A DNA stretch of 64,000 nt from Rozella allomycis CSF55 (taxonomy: Eukaryota): the NCBI GenBank assembly GCA_000442015.1, contig KE560945.1:1-64000 (forward strand), written 5' to 3'. The notes under the pieces were generated by a model that was not told where the DNA came from, did not search any database, and was given only the letters and a program-made list of their open reading frames with translations. Below, piece by piece: positions 36,781 through 48,701 of this stretch (positions are counted from its first letter, which is position 1; the number at the start of each line of letters is the position of its first letter). The translations under genes were made by a program, and so were the position numbers.

Positions 36781-38051
36781 ATGGACAAAGTGCAGTCATC
36801 ACAAAGTTCTTTAAGGGAGACAAGAAGTATAACAGAATCATCATTAACATCATTGAATGGCGATCCGCCAATTAGACAATTGAATCAATATTTGTTGACG
36901 GATATACTCGGGTCTGGGTCATATGGAACAGTTCATCTAGCCCGCGAAGTTGATCAGCCAAATTCACAATATGTAATTTTAATTAATTTATTGGCACATT
37001 AAGGCAATTAAGGAACTTAGTAAGTCTCGATTGGCAAAATTGAGCAACAACCCTTTCAAAAAATCGCCACAAGCAAACAATGCAGGGAAATTGGATTGCG
37101 TGAAAAAGGAAATAGCAATACTTAAAAAAGTCATTCATCCATATATTGTGCGGCTATTTGAGGTATTAGATGATCCATCAGTGGATTCTCTGTTCATGGT
37201 TTTTGAACTCCTAGGCAGCCCAATACAACAAGTTTCATTATATGAACCTTATGACCCTCTGCCCATTGAGAAGGCACAAAAATATTTCCAGCAACTTGTT
37301 TTAGGAATAGAATTTCGTACGTTTACCAATGTCATAATATAGTGCACTCAAATAACATTGTGCACCGTGATATAAAGCCTGATAACATCTTAAAAACAGG
37401 AAGTGATTCTATCAAGTTGGTTGACTTCGGAGTCAGCGAAATGTTTATATCGAGCGACGATACACTGCGAGGATCTAAAACATCAACTACTTCAGCCTTT
37501 TTAGCACCAGAATTAATTTCATGTAAAAAAATTAAGGAGTCTATAAAAGCTCTTTCTAACGTTTCTGGAAAATCGGCTGATATTTGGGCCATGGGTGTAA
37601 CGTTGTATTCAATGATCTTCGGTAAACTGCCATTCAAAGGGCGCGGTTTAGCCGAACTTTATGAGAATATTAAAAACAAAGAGTAATCATATTCATTAAA
37701 TCAAAATATAGAATAGAGTTGCCATCATTGTCATATTCTTACCCGCGTGACCTATTACAGGGGTTATTGCAGAAGGATGCCGATGAAAGAATTACATTGA
37801 ATTATATAAGAGTAAAAAGTGACATTTATCACGTACTAGAATCATGCCTGGGTCAATCAAGGAGCTTTTCCTTCAAGGGAAGAGAATCTTTTGAATGCAT
37901 TGACAGACCCTTCACAACAAGAAATCGATTCTTCCATTACCACTGTAAATTCAGTGTGGACTGTTTTAAAAGGTAAAAATCTATTTTCAAATCACACATA
38001 GCGGCTCATAAGTTCAAGAAAACAAATAAAAAATCGCCTTTGACTCAATAA
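36781..38051 (+). CDS. CaMKK-family Ser/Thr kinase (Ssp1/CAMKK-like), multi-exon
   Basis: 'LNQYLL...GSGSYGTV', 'AIKELSK', 'EIAILKKV.HP.IV.LFEVLDDP..DSLFMVFE', HRDIKPDN, DFGVS and 'DIWAMGVTLY'. Confidence 0.9.
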
Positions 38052-38477
38052 ATTGGATTGTAATAATTCATTAATGTACTTTGACAAGAATTGACTTGTT
38101 TGTTTTCATTACTCTGGACGTCATACAAATTAGACCAGTGTTGATGCCCCTCAGTAAAATCGCATTCCTCACTTACTCGTTATAAGTTATAACTTATGCA
38201 AGAAAAGTCATAACAAATAAGAGAACCGTTGAATCCATTTGATTAATGAGCAGAGCAATACCAAAACCTCGCGTGTCTTTACATTTGCACACAGTACAAT
38301 TGCACAAACGAATTTAATTTGGGGCGAGTTTGTAGTCTGTGGATATTAACATCATTAAAATATTACATTGATCGATGGTATATACGTATAGTTAACTGAT
38401 CCATTAGTCCATCGTCATACAAAGAAATTCACATATATAGTGTATTACTGAAAATTACACAACTTTAAATTTTATTT

Positions 38478-40466
38478 TTACAAAAGTGGGTCACTTGAGC
38501 TTTTTCTTCTACTAAATTCCGACGTCAATTCTTCATATGACCTTACGTTAGCCTCAGTGTTGCATTCCAAATTTAACTTTTCCAATAATTTGTTATCTAT
38601 TTCATCGCTTTCAACTAGCTGAATGGGTTGTTTATCGGAACTTGAGGGTTCTTCTACCAATGTTGAATATTTAGAGTTTGGGAAATGTGATCGTTTGGCG
38701 CCAGACTCTCTCCTCGATCCCGCTTTACTTGTAGACTTTGATAATGATAAAGACGCAGATGAAATACTTCCGTCGGGGTAATTGCTGCTTGTAACACTAT
38801 CGTTTGAACTGGTGCCGTTGAATCTATAATTAGAGTTGTTATCGTTCCATCTATCCCAAATACTTCTTTTCTCTGATTGACTGAATTGCCTATTATCCAT
38901 GGCACCCATAACGCTGTGTCGTTTGTTTCTCCATAATTCTTCACCCAATAATGATTCTGTTTTGTTCTTCATATTTTCATCATATGAACGCAAAGTTTGT
39001 GATATTGTGAATATATTTCTGAAAGAAACTTGTTCCAAATTGACGCTATCGTTACTCCCAGCATTAGATTGGTAGGTAGATTTAGGAGTATGAGAAACTG
39101 AAGTTCGGCTTGACGCGTAACCTTTAGAAAATACTTTAGAAGCTGGAAGGGTCGATGTATTGTTAATATGGCTGATGAAATTATCTGGGATTGTAACAAT
39201 GCCTGCAGCAATGCTTAATCGCCGTGGATTATTTGCAGTTGAGTTTATATTACTAATTGAAGTTTTTGAATCAGAGGTTTTTGTGTTTACGCTTACAAGT
39301 TCCGATATTGAGCCAAAGTTAGATTTTGATTCGTGTTGAATTTCCATTATTTCCCAGCGATCTCGATTATTATTTAAGCTATCAATCAAATTTGATAATG
39401 ATTGAAACAAATCGTTCATGACCATAAACAGTGGACGCACAATGATATCGTTAAAATTTATACTTATTTGTCTTTGTTCAGAGGTCTCGCGGTTCATATT
39501 TGGCGAAACAGGCAAGTTAAGTTTAATTTCAAGATCCCCTTGCCGATAAAATTCATCGATAACCAAGTCTGACCATTCCTTACAAGTTTTCCAAGGTCTG
39601 CAAGCATTGCTAATATCGGCAGCGTGAAGAATGACCTTTGATAATAACAAACGGTCATCTGGATTAAAATCAAAACTGGTATCCGATTGATAAGCGTCGA
39701 CTAAACCGGCAAATTGTTCCAATAAATTCTATATTTTCCATTTTGAAGTTGATTACAAAGTGACTTGACATATCTGTCGCAATTACGACGTTTGTAATAA
39801 AGGACAAACATAAAGCCTTATCAATGAATGATATCTTGTCGAGAAACTTGAGTCTTTCAAGCGTTTCTTTAGCTATTGTAACGGAATGATTTTCCAACAC
39901 GGAAACGTTATTGTATCGCAAAGCCAAGTCGGTTTTTGCATTTACTTGAAAAAGATTATTATAACCTGGGTGCCCAGAGTCATGAAACAATGCCGCTAAT
40001 AAAAGTGAAATCGCTTCTACCGGGAGTAAGAAATGGGATGCTCCGGAATACGTGATCAAATAGTATGTGAATTGTTGTACATCAACTGCGTGCTTAAAGC
40101 AATGATAAGGATTCTCTGTATATGTCTTTTCGATTTCCAAGATAAGCTCGAATATTTCTTCATGGGTAACATTGAAAATAGAAGATAAGTGATAATCAAC
40201 GAGGAATGCAAAGGCCGCTGCGAGCAATTCATCTCTAGACCAATCAAAGGCATTAAACGACTCCTTTATAGCATTTATTTCTTGCTTTAATATCTTAATT
40301 ATCGTCTAAGGTTAATTTTTATATACAAGCCTACATTGTTCACTATTGTTAGGTCTACCGTTTCATCAGAACACTTTTGAACGAAAATACCATCTTCGGG
40401 TAATTTTGTATTCAATTGAGGAAATATAAAAGAATTATCAATGGGACTTACAGGAGGCTCTTGCAT
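38478..40466 (-). CDS. Class I cyclic-nucleotide phosphodiesterase with a Ser-rich C-terminal tail, multi-exon; start uncertain
   Basis: 'NPYHCFKHAVDV', 'HDSGHPG.NN', 'SVLENH', 'ATDM', 'HAADISN' and 'EFYRQGD'. Confidence 0.9.
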
Positions 40467-40556
40467 AGCCGTTAGCAACGAATTTTGAAATTGCAAGAAA
40501 GATCGTTTTCAGGAGCGATTAAAAATATTACAATATTTAAATATTGTATTTATTTA

Positions 40557-42053
40557 TTAGTTTTTTATTTTCCATAGTGCCAGCCTATTATTTGAATGAG
40601 CGACCATCATGAATTTTTCGTCGCAGGAGACTGAAACATGCATTGCCTTTTTAACATCTTCTCCTTTTAAAGACTTTATTTAAGTAAAATGAATCTTACC
40701 AACACAGGTTTGATATCTTTATCTTTGGCAATAGGTATTTTTATGTCGTAAATACAAACGTCTCCATCTGGGTTGCAATCAAACAAATGAAAATTTTCTT
40801 TTACTTGTTAAAGATAGGAATTACCTGCATCAAGATGATAAACTTCAAATCTAAACCCATATTCGTTGGAGTCGACGTTTTGCCTTGATAGAGAACAAAT
40901 TGGCTGTGGAACCTCTTGGCGTGAATCCCAAATTACAATCTGACCATCTGACGAGCTTTTGGAAACTTTATAATAATTTTTGGTTTATTACTTATTGTGT
41001 TTTCGTTTAGATAGTCTAATGCTTCCACATGGGAATGGTGTAAGTCTGTATTAACTATAGTTCTGTTAGTTGTTATTTTATTGTTATTTTTTGGGTAATT
41101 TGATTTTAGCGGGTAAATGCAAACCCCTGCATCATATCCTTCCTTGAACTGGTCACAGCCAATAATGAATTCTTTGTCCTGGGGATGAACAGACAAACAG
41201 ATTATATTTTGATAAGGATCTCCAAATGTGGCAACACAGCTGTTTGGTTTTAATTTTATCTCAATACCTTATATTCGATGACGTCAAATCAGCAGGCAAA
41301 GCCCAGAGGCGTATTGTGTCGTCATACGAGGATGTAAGTAAATTAAGCCCCATATTAGTAAATTTAACGTCTGTTATTCCTTTGGTATGTTTATCAAGAC
41401 AGCAAACATACTCCCGCCTTAAATAGTCAATCAAATGAACATCGCCATATGAATCTTAATAAAAACAAAATTTATATCGAACCTCCAAATGCAATAACAG
41501 AACAAGTAACGTTATCACACTTTCGCACCGCCCAATCCAAACAAACAAAATTCCTTGCAACAGGATGCACGTATTTCATAACAATTGTCTTTTGTTCGCA
41601 ATCTATAAAGGTAACGGTGTTGCCACCACAAGAAACATTTATATATGGGTTCATAGCATCTATTATACTGTTGATAGGACAAAATTTGGTAGCGTAAACT
41701 GAAGTATTCTCTGTTAAGTCGCCGTGACATTGGAAATTCATAATCTGTTCAAAATCAATAGAAGATTTTCGCTTCTTGTGTAAAATTACATTTTCTTTTT
41801 CTCCGCTTTTTACTTTCTGTGCTGTTTTAACATTCTTTATAGGTGTCTTTTTACAGTCAGTATTGTCATTATTCTTTCTTTTTCTTGGAGATTGATGTTT
41901 TGGAAGGTCAGTAATAAAGTCACCCTCTTTACTATTCTTTTCTGATAGAGGTTTTTTAGCTGATCTGGTTTGCTTTAAGGGTGGCATAATTTTCCAAGTT
42001 TGAGAATTTTCGTAATTGAATTTCGTAATCTCGAGAGGAGATGATAAATTCAT
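40557..42053 (-). CDS. WD40 protein resembling the LRWD1/ORCA beta-propeller, with a basic N-terminus, multi-exon
   Basis: 'FQCHG...VYATKFCP', 'SCGGNTVTFIDC..IVMKY', 'HTKGITD' and 'TSSYDDTIRLW' parallel the LRWD1 WD region. Start is 42053 or 41987. Confidence 0.6.
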
Positions 42054-42191
42054 CGCGCAACGACGTATTCCACCAGGCTACCAGCATATGACATTTATTT
42101 AAATTTACTATACAGATTCACACATCTGTATCTAAAGATCAGATTACCCCGGAAGCATGGCAAATTGGCACCCCTGCAGGTAAAAGCCACG

Positions 42192-43294
42192 ATGAAATTT
42201 TCGGTCATTATCTTGTCCAGTTTGGCAGCAGTGTATTCTACCGATACATATTTAAGCAAAAAGATAGATGTGTCCAACTATGTAGCCAAAGACAAAGATC
42301 TAGCTTCAAAACTAGACATCGTTGAAATCCCTGACGGTATGATTTTTCCAACACTATAAAAGATCTTTTTGATAGTTTATCCAATCTGTTAATGCTTAAA
42401 GATCTCAAGAGTATGGCAGAAAAAGCTGAGAATGATATTGTTACGGCAGGAAAAAGGTATGGACACTTTAGAACTGAAATTGCATTTTTCCAGTCTGGCG
42501 TGTTTGAAAATGTCTTTAAACAGATAGAATATATTTTGAAAGTTGTTGCAAACAAGAATGGTGTTTTGAAGAGAGTTTTAAACGGGATTGAGGAAATCTG
42601 GACATTATCTGCTAGTGGCAAAGAAGATGACATGAGCTACTCCAGAAAAACCCAGATTTACGAGTATTTTAACAGCATGGGTAGAAATAACGAAGAGTTT
42701 CGAAGATTGTTGTTAGGGCCAATGAAGGATCTGGAAGATCAACTGTGCCCAATAAAGCAAACTGTAGAAAGGATGAAACAAACTTTAAAAACTACTAAAG
42801 ATGAAATTTTATGGAAGAATATTCACAGAATGTTTACGTACAATCATAGAAAACTTAGTGTTACGCATCTTTATCATAGTTCAACGAGTGTACAGTTGTT
42901 GATATTGTCCGCATTGGTATTTCTTGAAAATTGGTACGCTGTTCATGAACACTCAGAGTTTTTAGTGAATGATAATTGGGTAATTATTTCAAAGGAAGAC
43001 AAAAACCATAAAAGGGAAATAAGCGAAGAATCAATAGAATGGGCAAGGGCGTTGGCAAAGGGTGGTTTTCAAGAGTTGCAACAGTTGGAAGATGTTGTTG
43101 TAAAGATTGAAAAAATGAAACAAGATATTCAGCAGTTAATTAGCGGGATGATAAAATACATTGATAATGTTATGAAGGCAATTTCCTGGAGTAAAAAGAC
43201 CGGGGTAAACGTTAAAGAGCCCGAGGAGCAATTTGTGAATGTGTCCATTTCTTACCATTTAATTGATCAATTGAAGAAAATTGTTAAAAATTAA
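42192..43294 (+). CDS. Secreted helical protein of unknown function, one intron
   Basis: Signal peptide MKFSVIILSSLAAVYS. A GT-AG intron of about 26 nt near 42337-42362 joins it to the 300-aa ORF. Confidence 0.7.
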
Positions 43295-43348
43295 ATCAAT
43301 AAAGCAACTTTTACACTAATAATTTAAAAGAAATGATATTTAAAATAA

Positions 43349-43420
43349 GGGCTCCGCCGAGATTCGAACTCGGGACCTCCTGCACCCGAAGCAAGAATCA
43401 TACCACTAGACCACGAAGCC
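43349..43420 (-). tRNA. tRNA-Pro, anticodon CGG
   Basis: Reverse complement GGCTTCG-TGGTCTAGTGG...CTTGC-TT-CGG-GT-GCAGG...GTTCGAATC...CGGAGCCC forms a cloverleaf. Confidence 0.95.
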
Positions 43421-43602
43421 ACGCCATTTTGAAGATCACTAGTTACATCAAATTATCTTGCATTTGTTGCAATACAACACTTTTAACATGTATTGATATC
43501 TTTAGTTCAACAAAGACCCATTAGCCCATTCTGTGTTTACCCAATACCCTAACCCAATACAAGTACATATGTAAAAAATGTTTGACAATGCAAGCTTGTT
43601 TA

Positions 43603-44180
43603 TTAGTAGTAGTCGCCTGAAGTAGCGGTTGTCATTACAAAAAACCTTACTCCCAGAAAGTGGTTACACATAAATTCTACATAATACATTAAAAATCCAT
43701 TTACCTCCAAAGAGTCGCGCCTCTTCACGGCCAGCGCCATTATTAGAAGGCATCACGAATAAATTGGGAGCACCACCATTTGGACCAACAGGTGTTCCGC
43801 GATATGCATCTGGAACTGTGGACACTTGTTGCATCCAGTTTTCTAAAACCCATAACCGTTATAATATTACCTGGGGCGGGTCCATCTTGTGGAAAACGAA
43901 AGAAGATGTACACCGGATCTACGAGAAGAGCAAAGTCGGAATCTACTTCCAATTTAGAGTATACATTTTCCATGAGAAATTTGTACTGCTGTACTTGTTT
44001 TGGTGGTCCTTGTACTACGACGCATGCAGACTTTTCTAGAACTTTTGCGATGACTTTTATTTCGTTCATGTTCCAATCTTTGTGATGCTTTTCTAGTGCA
44101 CTTGGAGGTATTTCGTTTAGGAACTGGGAGAGAGTTTGCGTCACGCGTACGTGTGGCCTTATGACCTTTTTCAGAGTCAT
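43603..44180 (-). CDS. Hypothetical 3-exon protein (about 173 aa)
   Basis: MTLKKVIRPH...FRFPQDGPAP, a 28-nt intron, ENWMQQVSTVPDAYRG...RLFG, a 28-nt intron, EFMCNHFLGVRFFVMTTATSGDYY*. Upstream ACCCTTG motif and AATAAA at the stop. Confidence 0.7.
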
Positions 44181-44295
44181 TATCAAGGTGACAAGGGTCA
44201 ACCATACCTTAAGGTAAAATAAGATTTAAAGGTTCAAAGTGGAAATGGTATGAAATTTAAAACCTTGTAAAGGTGAATAAATTAAACAATTTATT

Positions 44296-46833
44296 TTATA
44301 ATTCAACTTTGTCAGTGTGTTCTGCACTAGGAGTTTCATCATTCTCTTTCTCCTTCTCTTCACCCTTCTTATCATTGTCACCCTTCTCCTTCTCTTTCTC
44401 TTTCTCTTCACTCTTCTCTTTCTCACCCCCTTCACTCTTCTCACTCTCCTTTTTCACTTTCTCATTCTTTTCTCTCCTTTTCGCTTCTCTTTTCTTTTTC
44501 TCTTCTTCACGATCTAATAATAGTTTTGCTTGGTAGAATTCAATGTCCAGAATGGATCTTTTGGAATCAATTGAAGAAGAAGTGAAATTGGAATCTTGGA
44601 ATAGATTTAGCGTTGAATGAGACTCTTCTTGAATGGAGAGCCACTCGCTTGTTTCATTTACAGATTTATGAAAATTTATTAATAGAGAAGAATTGTTTTG
44701 AATAATCCATTTTGAATAATTATTAATAGATTCTCTTAATCTATCTGTAGCCAAGGGTCTGGAATCATTTTCATTAAATCTTTCAATAATTTTAGAATAG
44801 ATTGAAGAAATTTGATTTGTTTTTTCAATTATCGCCAAAGTGTTTGAAGAATCTAATAAATCTTCAGAATTTGAAACATCAGATTTCAATTGAGAAATTT
44901 CAGAATCTGAAGCAAATTTTAATTTTTCTTCTTCTTCAAACAAATCGTTAATTTTATAAACAAAAGATTCCAATGAATTTCTCGCTTCTGACAATTTCAT
45001 TTTTTCTTCTTCTTCGTTTTCATAAATTTCTAAAACTTTTTTTGATTTTTCAATTTCTTCTTTTTCTTGAAATTTCATTTTAAATTCACTCGTAAAATTC
45101 AATTCAATTCTGGTTTGATTAAAAATTAAAAATGGTTGAACAAGCGAAATTATTCCACTCTCAACTTGGAAAAGAATTTTCACTTTTGCTTCCCTCAAGA
45201 TTTTTTCTTTTAACATTTCTAGATCTAATCTATTTTCTTCACCCTTGTCATCTAAGCCACCTTGGCCATCTAATCTTTTTTCTTTTTCTTCACTCTTTCT
45301 ATCTTTACTCTTTTCTTCACTCTTTCCTTCACCCTTTCCATCACCCTTTCCATCCCCCTTGTTCTCCAAAATCTTTTCAATTCCTTTTCTCACAGAAATA
45401 AAACAAGAAAATAATTCAGATTCTTTATTCTCAACTCTAATGGTTGCATCATCTAAATCTCTCAACGTTAAATATTTTCTTCCATTTTCTCCATTAAACA
45501 AAACAATTCCAGAATCTGTTTCATTTCTTTTAATTATAAAAGTTTCATCATTCAAATCTTTAATTTCAATTTCTTTCACTTTAAAAAGTTGACTTTTGGA
45601 GGCTGAGTAAAATACTGCGCCATTTGCTGCGGCTTCATCTGAATTCACATTTTTTGCTATTTTATCACCAAATTCTTCACTCAACATTTTTTGTATCATT
45701 GGAACTCTCGTGCCTCCACCAAACAAAATTATTGAATTGATTTCTTCATCCTTCATCCCTGCCTTCACAATAGCTTCCTTGATCGGTTTCATCCATTCTT
45801 CCTTCTCTCCAATACATTCACTCTCCAACGTTTCTCGTTTAATCTTCATTCTAAAATTAATCTCATCTACCAAGCCTTCAATAGATGCAAACGTTTCAAC
45901 ATTCGCAGACAAAATCTGTTTCACCCTGTTAGCTTCAATCTTCAATTTAGCCATCGCTTTCTTATTCCCTCTCACATCAATCCCACTTTCTTTCTTAAAT
46001 TCCCTCGCAAAGATTTCTGCCAACTTTCTATCAATCGATGCGCCACCAAGATCTTTGTTATAAGCCACAGATCTAACACTAATCGAAGGAATCAACTTTG
46101 ATTTAATTATCGTGCTATTCGTAGATTGAAATGAAACAACGCTCGCTGAAATGCTTCCAGATCCAACATCATAAAACACATTGTTCACAAACGTCTCATT
46201 CCCACTCTTCCTATTCCCAATCGCATAGTTCAAAGCAACAGCCGCTCCATCACTCATCAACGAGTAAACACGCAAATCTGCAATCCTCGCTGCATCCATA
46301 ATCGCCATTCGCTCCCTTTGCTGAAAATACCCTGGCACTACTATCACACTCCCAGATATACTATCATTCGCATACTCGGCAGCCATAATCTTCACATTCT
46401 TCAAAATCATGGCAACCAACTCTTCAACTTTCACTTCCAGTCCATCCACATTATACTTAACCATCCCCCTCTCATCAACAGCCATCCCCTCAAAATTCAC
46501 ATCCAAATTCTTATCATTCACAACCTCCTCATAATACTTGCCAATCAAACCCTTCAAATTGGGATACGCATTCGCTGGGTAGCGAGACATCTATTCAATA
46601 TACTTCTCATCTTTTACCATATTCACGCCAGCACTGCCAAAATATCTCTCCTTTTCTTTAATAGCTAGAATATTCCTTGTCTTGCGCTTCGACTCTTGGT
46701 TCAACACCATATCAAACCCTCGGCCTTTGGCGACAAGCCCCACCTTCAACCACTCGCTGCCAAAATCAATAGATATAACCGCACTGTAACACACAGTAAC
46801 ACAAACTAACAATAGAAAACCAGTTACACGCAT
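44296..46833 (-). CDS. LHS1: ER Hsp70-like nucleotide exchange factor Lhs1/Grp170/HYOU1, one intron
   Basis: Signal peptide, 'SIDFGSEWLKV', 'NQESKRKT', 'YDVGSGS', 'KQILSAN', 'GGGTRVP', 'NVNSDEAA', 'EARNSLESFVY' and C-terminal KVEL. Confidence 0.9.
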
Positions 46834-46986
46834 GACAAGGGTTTTTGGAAATTTCTAGAAACAGATTTCCCAAATCAGCAGTAAATAGGTGAGAAAAATA
46901 CATAAATTAATAATCATTAAAACTAATATCAATTTATCAACATAAGTTGTGGAATCCGAATCTTCATCAATAAACTAAATGACTAT

Positions 46987-48515
46987 TTATTTCTTTTGCT
47001 GAAGTAAACTGGCCAATTGCTGAAGCGCATTTATATTAAACCCACCACTAACATTCTCAGCTGTTTCAGGTCCACTTAATGGCGCTTGTTGGTGCGGCTT
47101 TTCGTTTCTACGATTATCAGCGCTTGGTGCGTAATGCTGACCCTTGTTTTCATTCTGAGGCGGGAAAAACTTTTGGTCATTTGGCATTGGTCGATTGTGC
47201 AGTTCATCTCTGTATGATCCTCCATACGGTGGTGCAGCAGGATAATTGTAATCTACCCGAGGTGGCGCGGAATTGTTCAAAAGGGTTCCAAGAGAAGCCA
47301 AAATCTAATTATTCGAACAAGTTGAAATTACTTGTTGGGCTTGCTGTGCTTGCGCAAGTCGAGCATCATTTGATTGCATGGGTGGATAAGGCTCATTTGG
47401 ATAGAATCCTTCACCAGGTGGAAAGTACCCTTGAGGCATTGGATAGTTGGGGTATTGTGGTGTGAAACCCGGATTTAGAGGAGGTGGCATGTACGGGGGA
47501 TTCGAATCACGCTCATCATAATTTGGACGATAGCTATCTGATGTGGTGCGCCGGCCAGACGATCTCCTCTTATCTCCCCCATCACGACTGTCTCGTTTTC
47601 TACTCACTTCTCTCCTCCCATCTGCAATTTCATGTTTCATGACCCTATTTTATATCGAGTTTGTGGTTAAAGTACCGAATGGATAGGTCCCACGTGTATC
47701 TCAACTCAAACGTACCACCGTTGATCTCTTTGCCCTCAATTGAGTTAAACGCGTCTACGCAATGACGACTATCATAGTACTCAATAAATCTCTGACTGAA
47801 AGTTCAAAATGAATGTGATTCTTACTTTGGAGTGTCTTTGTAAATTCGCACAGACTTTACAGATCCGTATTGTCCGAAAAGTTCGCTAAGCTCTTTTTTA
47901 GAAACGGTGTCTTTTCTGCCTTTAACAGTAATGAAAAGTGCTCCCTGAATGATTAAAACGAAAAGCGGATACTTGATTTTTGGTCTCATCGCATCTATCG
48001 GTGTTCAAGTCATCATCTTTTGGCGTTGAAAAATGCACATCGATACATCTATCGCTTTTCATGCGATAGCCATTCATCTCTCTTTTGGCTCTTTCAGCGC
48101 ATCGAATGTCGTACTAACAGTTAAGGGGTAAACTCTTCATTACGTATGTGACAAAAGCCATTCCTCTTTTCTCAATGAGGTTGTAAATAGACTTTATGTC
48201 TCCAAAAGGCTCAAAGAGTTCTCTTATTTCCTGTTCTGGACAGCCATACTCAATGTTCCTAACAAACAAAGTACGAAATGGTTCTTCTCTCGTCACTGGT
48301 TCTTTTTGTGGTTCAGGAGGTGGAGGTGCATGAAAAGGTACTGGAGGAGGAGCATACAATGAAGGTGGCTGCTGGAAAGGAGGATAAAAACCTGGTCCTG
48401 GACCCTGAAAAGTTACAGGTCTATAAGTGTTATTATTTACAGGGGAGCGTGAACGGCGGTCGTAGGGACCATTCCCCGCTCTCCCGCGTCTTCTTGGTAT
48501 TCTTGACCCTGACAT
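46987..48515 (-). CDS. Two-RRM RNA-binding protein (Mei2-like RRM1/2) with a Pro-rich tail, multi-exon
   Basis: 'RTLFVRNI', 'GMAFVTY|YDIRCAERAK', 'IDVHFS' and 'FIEYYDSRHC'. Confidence 0.75.
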
Positions 48516-48701
48516 TATTTCAATGGGTGGCTTAGGGCCTTTTCCTTTTTCACCTTTAAACAATTCTTCAATTATTAAAATATTTACATGTAGAATTGAA
48601 TTGAAAATAAAAACAATATATTTAAAGTGATAATGTATAAATGCATTTGCTGTTTTTGTGAAATTTCATAATTGTGTAACAAATACAAACGAAGAGTATT
48701 T

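Noticed and set aside
44226-46668. Many plus-strand and alternative-frame ORFs rich in F/S/L over LHS1
   Set aside because: They are shadows of the purine-rich coding strand. The same applies to most short antisense ORFs in the track.
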